Positions 1 to 6,379 of a stretch of 11,943 nt of DNA are shown piece after piece (the first letter of the stretch is position 1; each line of letters starts with the position of its first letter). This stretch comes from Methanotrichaceae archaeon (lineage in GTDB: Archaea; Halobacteriota; Methanosarcinia; Methanotrichales; Methanotrichaceae), in the NCBI GenBank assembly GCA_963803145.1, contig CAWDLW010000039.1:1-11943 (forward strand), read 5' to 3'. Below the pieces are notes generated by a model. That model did not search any database. It was given only the letters and a program-made list of their open reading frames with translations, and was not told the origin of the DNA. The translations under genes and the position numbers were made by a program.

Positions 1-326
1 GCTCCAAGAATAATTGCTTTCGCTCTATCTTAAATAATCTCATGCTCCATCTGCTAAACATTCGCCGTCTCATGCATACAATTGAGCATACAGAGCATAC
101 GCTTCTTCTGGCGTTTTGAGAATATGTCAATTACTGCAATATTATCCTCGTGACGTGCATCATTCTATTAGCGACCAGCATTAAATTTTTTATCCCGCAA
201 ATTGTTTCAATCCATTAGCAAAATAATGAGGCAATATAAGCGTAAACGCCATTGCTGCAATGGACTTCCTACCAAAGGGAACTATGATATATGATAAGAG
301 CATACGGTTTCAACGGAATAATAATA

Positions 327-346
327 GAAAGGAATATATAATATAA
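327..346 (+). promoter_or_regulatory. Putative archaeal BRE/TATA promoter of the arg operon
   Basis: Purine run GAAAGG (327-332) followed by AATATATAATATAA, about 25 nt upstream of the argC ATG at 366; would give a leaderless or short-leader mRNA. Confidence 0.55.
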
Positions 347-365
347 AGTAAATAGGTATGATCAC

Positions 366-1391
366 ATGATAGATGTAGGAATAGTCGGTGGATCAGGTTA
401 CACCGGCGGAGAGCTCTTGCGTCTCCTATCGAACCATCCCGAAGCGAATGTAGTAGTAGTAACTTCCCGCAAGCTGGCGGGAAAACCCGTCAGCTCAGTT
501 CATCCTCATCTAAAAGGCGTCTATAATCTCAACTTTGAAGCCCCAACTGCAAAAGAGGTCGCAGAGCGCTGTGATATCACATTTACAGCCGTTCCCCATG
601 GGACTGCAATGGATTGGGTGCCGGAGCTGCTGGACGCAGGCACACGTGTCATCGACTTGAGTTCAGATTATCGCCTGCCCGTAGATGTCTTTGAGAAGAC
701 ATATGGAACCAAGCATCGTGCCCCAAGGGAAGCGGTCTTTGGGATGACTGAGCTGCATCCCGAGGTAGCCGGTGCAAAGCTCGTGGGAAATCCCGGCTGC
801 TATCCAACAGGAGCTACTCTGGCTGTTGCACCTCTGGCGAAGGCCGGCCTTATAGATAGGGTAGTATTCGATTCAAAGTCGGGCATATCCGGCGCTGGGG
901 TAGAGCCCACGGAAACCAGCCACTATCCCAACATGGCAGAGAACGTGATACCTTACAAGCTGACAACCCACAGGCACGTTCCTGAGATCAAGCAGGAGCT
1001 GACAAGGCTATCACCTGGAGTAAAGATCAGCTTCACGCCTCACGTTATCCCTGCAGTTCGTGGCATCCTGACTACTGCACACGTTTTCGCGAAAGACGAT
1101 GCAATAGATACGATTCAGGATAAGTCTGCCGTAGCAAAGATCTACAAGGACTTCTACAAGAACGCTCATTTCATACGCATGGCTGAAGGCGTTCCCCGGC
1201 TCAGCTCAGTTCGAGGCAGCAACTTCTGCGATATAAGCTTCGAGCCTGAAAAGGGTGCAGACAGAATAGTGGTGATATCCGCAATTGATAACCTTGTCAA
1301 AGGCGCATCGGGCCAGGCAATCCAGAACATGAACCTGATGGCTGAGCTGGATGAAACCGCTGGCCTCTGGTTCCCAGGCATGGCTCCTTGA
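366..1391 (+). CDS. argC: N-acetyl-gamma-glutamyl-phosphate reductase
   Basis: 341 aa; Rossmann motif GIVGGSGYTG, DLSSDYRL, catalytic NPGCYPT, SGISGAG, HRHVPEI, FTPH, DNLVKGASGQAIQNMN. Confidence 0.97.
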   Translation: MIDVGIVGGSGYTGGELLRLLSNHPEANVVVVTSRKLAGKPVSSVHPHLKGVYNLNFEAPTAKEVAERCDITFTAVPHGTAMDWVPELLDAGTRVIDLSSDYRLPVDVFEKTYGTKHRAPREAVFGMTELHPEVAGAKLVGNPGCYPTGATLAVAPLAKAGLIDRVVFDSKSGISGAGVEPTETSHYPNMAENVIPYKLTTHRHVPEIKQELTRLSPGVKISFTPHVIPAVRGILTTAHVFAKDDAIDTIQDKSAVAKIYKDFYKNAHFIRMAEGVPRLSSVRGSNFCDISFEPEKGADRIVVISAIDNLVKGASGQAIQNMNLMAELDETAGLWFPGMAP

Positions 1392-1401
1392 GGGGATGAA
1401 A

Positions 1402-1881
1402 ATGAAGGTAAGAGATGTAATGAACGTGAAGCCAATAACCTGCCAGGTTACTGACACAGCTGCAGATGCCGCGAAGGCCATGAAAATGAACAAGATCAGC
1501 GGCATGCCGGTCCTGGATGGCGAGAGGCTTGCAGGTGTGATTTCAGAATCAGATCTTCTGCGACTTTTGGCTACAGAGGAGTCAGGGGGCAGCCTTTGGC
1601 TTCCAAGCCCCTTTGAGATCTTTGAGATTCCTCTCAGAGATCTTATCAAATGGGAGAGGCTGCATTCGAAGGCCGAGGATATCTCCAAGAAAAAGGTCTC
1701 GGAGGTCATGAGCAGGAACATCCACGAGGTGGGACCGGATGATACAGTCGAAGAGGCGGCTACAGTCATGACTCGCCACAGGATTAACCGCCTGCCCGTT
1801 GTTGAGGATGGACGCCTTGTCGGAATAATAACCAGGGGCGATATAATATCCGGGCTGGGAACTGTCCATGAAGAGGATTGA
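1402..1881 (+). CDS. Stand-alone CBS-pair (Bateman) domain protein
   Basis: Two CBS repeats (VRDVMN...ISGMPVLD...GVISESDLL; VSEVMS...INRLPVVE...GIITRGDII) separated by a LWLPSPFEIFEIP insert. Start moved from 1351 to ATG 1402 (1396 also possible) because GAGGGG at 1390-1395 is an SD-like site and this removes the overlap with argC. Confidence 0.9.
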   Translation: MKVRDVMNVKPITCQVTDTAADAAKAMKMNKISGMPVLDGERLAGVISESDLLRLLATEESGGSLWLPSPFEIFEIPLRDLIKWERLHSKAEDISKKKVSEVMSRNIHEVGPDDTVEEAATVMTRHRINRLPVVEDGRLVGIITRGDIISGLGTVHEED

Positions 1882-3031
1882 TGGTGGAATCTGTGCCGTT
1901 GCTGGCGTGCGCGCAGCAGGCGCGAGGAATGGCAAATACGGCGTAGCCGTGATTGCCGCCTCCGGTGCTGCCGCTGGCATGTTTACCACCAATAAGATCC
2001 GCGCTGCGCCTCTGGATGTGACGGCTGAGCACCTTACCGGTGGGCGCCTTGAGGGCGTAATCGCAAACAGCGGATGTGCAAATGCCTATACAGGCGCACG
2101 CGGGCTTGATGATGCAAGAAAGATGGCGAGTCTTCTTGCAGACTTCTTGGGAACTGACGTGAAAAAGATCGCCGTCGCCTCTACAGGAGTGATTGGCAGA
2201 TACCTGGATATGGGATTGATTGCTGGCCTATTCGACGAGGCTAAATTGAAGCTTAGAAGCGATCCTGATGCGAGCCAAGAAGCTGCGATGGCTATCATGA
2301 CAACAGACACACGCGTAAAAGAGATTGCAGTTGAGCATGAAGGAGTTCGTGTTGCAGGGATCGTCAAAGGTGCTGGAATGATTGAGCCGAATATGGCTAC
2401 GATGCTCTGCTTCCTTTACACAGATGCTGATTTGCCTCAGGCTACTCTTCATAAATGTCTCGCCAATGCAATCGAGGATAGCTTCAATATGCTCACCGTT
2501 GATGGGGATACAAGCACAAACGATACAGTGCTTCTTACAGCCACAGGAATCAGGAAAATCAGCGCTGAAGCGTTTAGCGAAGCTCTGAGATATGTTTGCG
2601 TAGAGCTTGCCCGAATGATGGCCCGTGATGGAGAGGGCGCTACCAAATACTTCGAGACAATAGTATCCGGCGCCAGTAATGAGAAGGATGCAAGGCTTGC
2701 TGCAAAAGCTGTAGCCCGTAGCAGCCTTGTTAAGGCTGCAATCTATGGTGGAGATCCCAACTGGGGCAGGGTTGTTGCGGCTGTAGGCTATTCAGGCGCA
2801 GAGGTGGACCCTGAGAGAATCACACTCAGCATTGAGGGGAACGGCCTGAAGGCGCAACTAGTAGATAAAGGAATAACTGTAGACGGCATTCTGGAGCAGG
2901 CTCAAAGGATTATGAAGGGAGATGCTATTATTATAAACATCGACCTCGGCCTAGGAGATGCTGGCGCTCGAAGCTTTGGCTGCGACCTGACCCACGGATA
3001 TGTGGACATAAACGCGGATTATACGACCTGA
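1868..3031 (+). CDS. argJ: Ornithine acetyltransferase / N-acetylglutamate synthase (ArgJ family)
   Basis: 387 aa; FTTN, NSGCANAYTG, ASTGVIG, IMTTDT, autoprocessing motif KGAGMIEPNMA|TML, DGDTSTNDT, RDGEGATK, DPNWGR, GCDLTHGYVDINADY. Overlaps the CBS gene by 14 nt. Confidence 0.97.
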   Translation: MKRIDGGICAVAGVRAAGARNGKYGVAVIAASGAAAGMFTTNKIRAAPLDVTAEHLTGGRLEGVIANSGCANAYTGARGLDDARKMASLLADFLGTDVKKIAVASTGVIGRYLDMGLIAGLFDEAKLKLRSDPDASQEAAMAIMTTDTRVKEIAVEHEGVRVAGIVKGAGMIEPNMATMLCFLYTDADLPQATLHKCLANAIEDSFNMLTVDGDTSTNDTVLLTATGIRKISAEAFSEALRYVCVELARMMARDGEGATKYFETIVSGASNEKDARLAAKAVARSSLVKAAIYGGDPNWGRVVAAVGYSGAEVDPERITLSIEGNGLKAQLVDKGITVDGILEQAQRIMKGDAIIINIDLGLGDAGARSFGCDLTHGYVDINADYTT

Positions 3032-3032
3032 T

Positions 3033-4463
3033 ATGTTCCGTGATAACAGGCTCGGAGGGATTTCTGAGGATGTGCTTAGTTTCATATCCTCCCGCGATGC
3101 AGATAAAAGGATTTTCGAAGCCGATCTTCTTGTGGACAGGGCACATCTGGTAATGCTTCAAGAGCAGGGGCTTATTTCAGAGGATATATGCTCGAAGATA
3201 ATCGAGGCTCTGGACGGACTCAGGGAATCGGACATAGGAGAAGGCGAGGATGTTCACGAGGCAATTGAGGCTTATGTGCTTTCCAAAGTGGGACCTGAGG
3301 GCGGCAGGATGCATACAGGCAGATCAAGGAACGACGAGGTTGCGACCTGTATCAGAATCGCTCTGCGCTCAGAGATGCTCGAGCTGATGGAAGAGCAGAT
3401 ATCCCTTATCAAAACGCTTGTGGATCTGGCAGCAAAACATACTACTACCATTATCCCAGGCTTCACACATACTCAGCATGCCCAGCCGACGACGCTTGCA
3501 CACCACCTTCTGGCGCATGCAGATGCATTTATGCGTGATCTTGAGAGGATTGAAGGCACATACTCAAGGGTAAATAAAAGTCCTCTCGGTGCAGCTGCTT
3601 TTGCCTCTACTGGCTTCAATATCGATAGACAAAGGACTTGCGATCTTCTTGGTTTCGACGGCCTTGTAGAGAATAGCATGGATGCAGTCTCGACAAGGGA
3701 TTTCATACTTGAAGTTCTATCGAACATTTCAATCCTGATGGTCAATCTGAGCAGGCTGGCAGAGGAATTGATCCTCTGGTCTACATCCGAGTTCGGCTAC
3801 ATTGAGCTTGATAACCTCTTTGCCTCCACAAGCTCAATAATGCCCCAGAAGAAGAACCCAGATACCGCAGAGCTGGCACGTGCCAAGGCAGGATCCGTCA
3901 TCGGCAGTCTCACCTCCGCCCTTGTGATCTGCAAAGCTCTTCCGCTGAGCTATAACCGCGATCTTCAGGAGGTCACGCCTCACCTTTGGCGTGGCATTGA
4001 TTGGACAAGGGGCGCTGTTCGCATCATAGATGGCTGCGTTTCTACGTTACGGCTCAATAAGGAGCGACTTTTCGAGAGTTCGAGTGCAGGCTTCTCGACG
4101 GCAACAGAACTCGCAGATTCGCTCGTTAGAATAACTGGTATGCCTTTCAGAACAGCCCATAAGATCGTTGGAAGGCTTGCATCCAAGACGACACGGCCAG
4201 ATCTGGAAATGCTGGATAATGCTGGACTGGAGATAGCAGGTATCAGGCCTAGCGAGCATGGCTTTGATGTCAGTGCCCTGGAAAAAGCCCTCGATCCTGG
4301 ATCCAACGTTTCGATGAGGGCGGGAACAGGCGGACCAGCACCCTCTGAGACTGAACGAATGGTAAAAGAGAGGCTTAAAAGTATCTCCGACCATGAAAAC
4401 GCGCTTGTGAAAAGGCGCATGAATGTCGATGATTCATTGAAGACCCTTAGGGCGCTGAAATAA
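3033..4463 (+). CDS. argH: Argininosuccinate lyase
   Basis: 476 aa; EDVHEAIE, HTGRSRNDEV, PGFTHTQHAQP, fumarate-lyase signature SSIMPQKKNPD, YNRDLQE, PFRTAHKIVG. Starts 1 nt after the argJ stop. Confidence 0.97.
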   Translation: MFRDNRLGGISEDVLSFISSRDADKRIFEADLLVDRAHLVMLQEQGLISEDICSKIIEALDGLRESDIGEGEDVHEAIEAYVLSKVGPEGGRMHTGRSRNDEVATCIRIALRSEMLELMEEQISLIKTLVDLAAKHTTTIIPGFTHTQHAQPTTLAHHLLAHADAFMRDLERIEGTYSRVNKSPLGAAAFASTGFNIDRQRTCDLLGFDGLVENSMDAVSTRDFILEVLSNISILMVNLSRLAEELILWSTSEFGYIELDNLFASTSSIMPQKKNPDTAELARAKAGSVIGSLTSALVICKALPLSYNRDLQEVTPHLWRGIDWTRGAVRIIDGCVSTLRLNKERLFESSSAGFSTATELADSLVRITGMPFRTAHKIVGRLASKTTRPDLEMLDNAGLEIAGIRPSEHGFDVSALEKALDPGSNVSMRAGTGGPAPSETERMVKERLKSISDHENALVKRRMNVDDSLKTLRALK

Positions 4464-4470
4464 GGCTCTC

Positions 4471-4477
4471 TATTTTT
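4471..4477 (+). terminator. Possible archaeal oligo-T terminator of the arg operon
   Basis: TATTTTT beginning 7 nt after the argH stop, preceded by the pyrimidine-rich CTCTC. Confidence 0.4.
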
Positions 4478-4510
4478 AAACTTACCATAAAAATTAAATC
4501 ATAGGAGCTG

Positions 4511-4520
4511 GGAAATATAT
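4511..4520 (+). promoter_or_regulatory. Putative BRE/TATA promoter for the 47-aa small ORF
   Basis: GGAAATATAT, about 55 nt upstream of ATG 4576; would give a ~30 nt leader containing the SD AGGTGA. Confidence 0.4.
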
Positions 4521-4575
4521 TGTACAGATCTCTACGGCCTATTGGGCTGCGGAGGCATTATCCAGGTGAGTTGAT

Positions 4576-4719
4576 ATGTTCTGGGGTTTGCTTAAGTTGA
4601 TGTGGTACATGCTCTCGGTTCCATTGAAGTTGACCAAGACAGTGCTCAAGTTTATGATTGTGTTGATGCTGCCGACGTTGCTCATGAACATCTTTAAAAT
4701 GATGCTGCGCAGCAGGTAA
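4576..4719 (+). CDS. Small cationic hydrophobic protein, 47 aa (not in supplied ORF track)
   Basis: Read directly: ATG 4576 to TAA 4717-4719, MFWGLLKLMWYMLSVPLKLTKTVLKFMIVLMLPTLLMNIFKMMLRSR. Archaeal SD AGGTGA at 4564-4569 with 6-nt spacing, an upstream TATA-like element and a downstream T-rich tract. Confidence 0.7.
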   Translation: MFWGLLKLMWYMLSVPLKLTKTVLKFMIVLMLPTLLMNIFKMMLRSR

Positions 4720-4726
4720 ACACTGA

Positions 4727-4738
4727 TTTTATTTTCTT
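4727..4738 (+). terminator. Possible oligo-T terminator after the small ORF
   Basis: TTTTATTTTCTT beginning 7 nt after the TAA. Confidence 0.45.
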
Positions 4739-4837
4739 GGTCGTAATTTGGTTATCATTGAGGGCGCTGGCGGTATATGATATTATACTAATAGTACTGT
4801 ATACACTTGTTTCCATGCGACATGCTCCTTTGATAAA

Positions 4838-4893
4838 CGATAGTGACTTGATGCTATCGATTAGGATTTCTGAATTCCATCATGTTCAGAAAT
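4838..4893. repeat. Two adjacent inverted repeats (hairpins)
   Basis: CGATAG (4838-4843)/CTATCG (4854-4859), extendable inward by two G-U pairs; ATTTCTGAA (4866-4874)/TTCAGAAAT (4885-4893), a perfect 9-bp stem with a 10-nt loop. Confidence 0.6.
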
Positions 4894-4977
4894 TTTCTGC
4901 TTTATTGGCTCATATGCGTCAGATGAGAACTCAGTACATCGAATCGTAGCTGCAGAGCAGGGCTCAGCCGTATTTGA

Positions 4978-4992
4978 GATAAAAGTTTTATC
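4978..4992. promoter_or_regulatory. Perfect 7-1-7 palindrome resembling a bidirectional BRE/TATA element or an operator
   Basis: GATAAAA-G-TTTTATC reads as purine run + TTTTAT on both strands. Confidence 0.45.
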
Positions 4993-5014
4993 ACTCGGTG
5001 ACTGTGCTTTAGTT

Positions 5015-5261
5015 CAGGCCCAGTCTAGAGTTTTCCCTTCATGGACGACAGGGAGAATGCCTTTTGAGCTTCAATTACAGGAGAGATGCGCGCTCCGGCC
5101 TGATCGATCGATATCGGCCGATCCGGCAATCCCATTCTTATAGTTTGCGGAATAATAAGTTATGCCAAATGAAAGTTAGCCCGATTTTAGGTAAGCTTTG
5201 CGGGTTGCATAATTTGCTGTGGATAGCAGTGTGGAATTTCAGTTAATTCCGTGATATTTTT
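5015..5261 (+). ncRNA. Candidate structured non-coding RNA (unclassified; boundaries approximate)
   Basis: Begins ~25 nt downstream of the TATA-like element; hairpins TTTTCCCT/AGGGAGAA (5031-5057), CGGCC/GGCCG (5096-5120) and GGAATT/AATTCC (5233-5250); ends at a T-run (5257-5261); no convincing ORF. No known RNA family recognised. Confidence 0.22.
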
Positions 5262-5301
5262 CCAAATTCCCTAGAAAATGTTATAGAATTAATTGCTGAT
5301 T

Positions 5302-5338
5302 AGGCTGCGGCACAGTCGCAGCTAATGACTACAAGCCT
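5302..5338. repeat. Hairpin with an alternative pairing partner
   Basis: GCTGCGG (5304-5310)/TCGCAGC (5316-5322) stem with one G-U pair; AGGCT (5302-5306) can instead pair with AGCCT (5334-5338). Confidence 0.4.
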
Positions 5339-5509
5339 GAAAGTGCGATAAATAATATGATCGGTCATGTAGTTATCGCGAATGGTACAAAGACTGCTGA
5401 ACAAACTAAAATAGCACGAATCGTTACAAGAAGAGGCCAGAGTAAATAGCTGATGACAATTCTGGAAGTGATATTAATTGAGGAGCTCCGTTTGCTGATC
5501 CATCTTTTC

Positions 5510-5603
5510 CTAATACCGTTGCTTAAGCATTTCATCTATCTCTGAGACCCTGATGCCGAAGACCTCAGCCAAGATTTCTTTGACTGCCTAGAGCTGTTGA
5601 CAT
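5510..5603 (-). pseudogene. Possible frameshifted mini-gene, ~30 aa
   Basis: SD GAGGT (5612-5616, - strand) 8 nt before ATG 5603. Reads MSTAL, then after skipping one base AVKEILAEVFGIRVSEIDEMLKQRY-TAG (5512-5510). 94 nt = 31 codons + 1 nt. Confidence 0.35.
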
Positions 5604-5795
5604 TAAGGTTGACCTCATAAATGGATATATTTGATGAAGCCAATTGACTGCATCCTCTCGATTATAGCCCGATTACTCATTCTATCCTGTTTATTAGTTT
5701 AAGGATTTCAAAAATTAGAGCAACCAATTTTTAGTGAATGATGCGTAATGAACATTCTTAATTTGGTGCTTCTTAGCGAGAATTCTAACTCACGA

Positions 5796-5861
5796 TACTA
5801 ATATTCTATTAGTAATGTTTAATTAAGATCTATCACGGATATCCATAATTAACTGATAGAT
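5796..5861. promoter_or_regulatory. Cluster of operator-like inverted repeats
   Basis: TACTAATA-ttc-TATTAGTA (5796-5814); ATCTATCA (5828-5835)/TGATAGAT (5854-5861) enclosing the palindrome GGATATCC (5837-5844). Lies upstream of TATA-like AAATATATAA (5886-5895). Confidence 0.4.
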
Positions 5862-5967
5862 TAGAAGGATCGATTATGGGATCACAAATATATAAGATTG
5901 CTATTATAATTAAGTTGCAAATATTCAAATTTGTCAGTGATCTTTCACACACTCGAAGGCAGGTCTT

Positions 5968-6180
5968 ATGGATTCAAAACAGATATTTGATAAATACTGG
6001 GTGATCATATTAATTATTATAACCACTCTCGCTTTTGTAACGCTTTATAAAACAAATATATTTGCAGATTTTATGGCTAATAGGAATATTTCTGTCTTTA
6101 TTGCGATTGTTTTTTCTCTTTTTATATCTGCGTTTCTATTGTATGCATTTGTGGTGTTAGCACAGAGATTTTATAAGTAA
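5968..6180 (+). CDS. Small orphan membrane protein, 70 aa, two predicted TM helices
   Basis: Hydrophobic segments YWVIILIIITTLAFVTLY and ISVFIAIVFSLFISAFLLYAFVVLA, with basic residues flanking them; AGGCAGGT just upstream; very AT-rich DNA. Confidence 0.6.
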   Translation: MDSKQIFDKYWVIILIIITTLAFVTLYKTNIFADFMANRNISVFIAIVFSLFISAFLLYAFVVLAQRFYK

Positions 6181-6379
6181 TAATATTTATATGAGTCAAT
6201 TGTATTTGAACAAGTTATTAAGCAACGAGAGGTTATTCGCATCAAAAGATTGTATTAGGGCTATTTCGCGTGTTAATTTTGTTAACATCATGATTTTTAT
6301 GTTAATCGTTTTCATAACCTCTGAAACCTGCAAATTTCGTTTCGTATCAACATTATTCAAGAAGATACCGACATCCCAA

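Noticed and set aside
1-73. Open - strand frame running off the window edge (M...MFSRWSMRLFKIERKQLFLE)
   Set aside because: Too short and truncated, with no recognisable motif; could be the start of a divergent gene but cannot be supported.
1166-4420. Multiple - strand and alternate-frame ORFs over argC/CBS/argJ/argH
   Set aside because: Shadow ORFs of well-supported genes, with no motifs.
4576-4719. 47-aa peptide as a RiPP precursor for YcaO-TfuA
   Set aside because: About 5 kb away in a separate unit, no leader/core pattern, and the YcaO is the McrA-modifying type.
4737-4949. 70-aa TTG-start ORF
   Set aside because: Start lies inside a T-rich terminator-like tract, no SD, no motif.
5064-5246. 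60-aa ORF
   Set aside because: Non-ATG start, no motif; crosses palindromic, hairpin-forming sequence.
5320-5460. Fluoride-riboswitch-like words GCTAATGAC and GCTGATGAC
   Set aside because: The required 5' GGCGATGG...CGCC element and a crcB-type downstream gene are absent.
5450-5499. Box C/D sRNA-like words TGATGA...CTGA
   Set aside because: No credible internal D'/C' boxes at the right spacing.
5357-5545. Two in-frame 30-aa ORFs separated by TAG (possible pyrrolysine read-through); the second is hydrophobic (MTILEVILIEELRLLIHLFLIPLLKHFIYL)
   Set aside because: No SD, no pyl genes in view, no motif, and it overlaps the - strand remnant; ORFs this short arise by chance.
5140-5960. Replication origin suggested by the long AT-rich gap
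   Set aside because: No repeated ORB consensus (TCCA...GAAA plus G-string) and no adjacent cdc6/orc1.
4464-6379. CRISPR array, tRNA, IS element or MITE in the gap
   Set aside because: No periodic direct repeats, cloverleaf/T-loop, transposase fragment, or terminal inverted repeats with a target duplication were seen.
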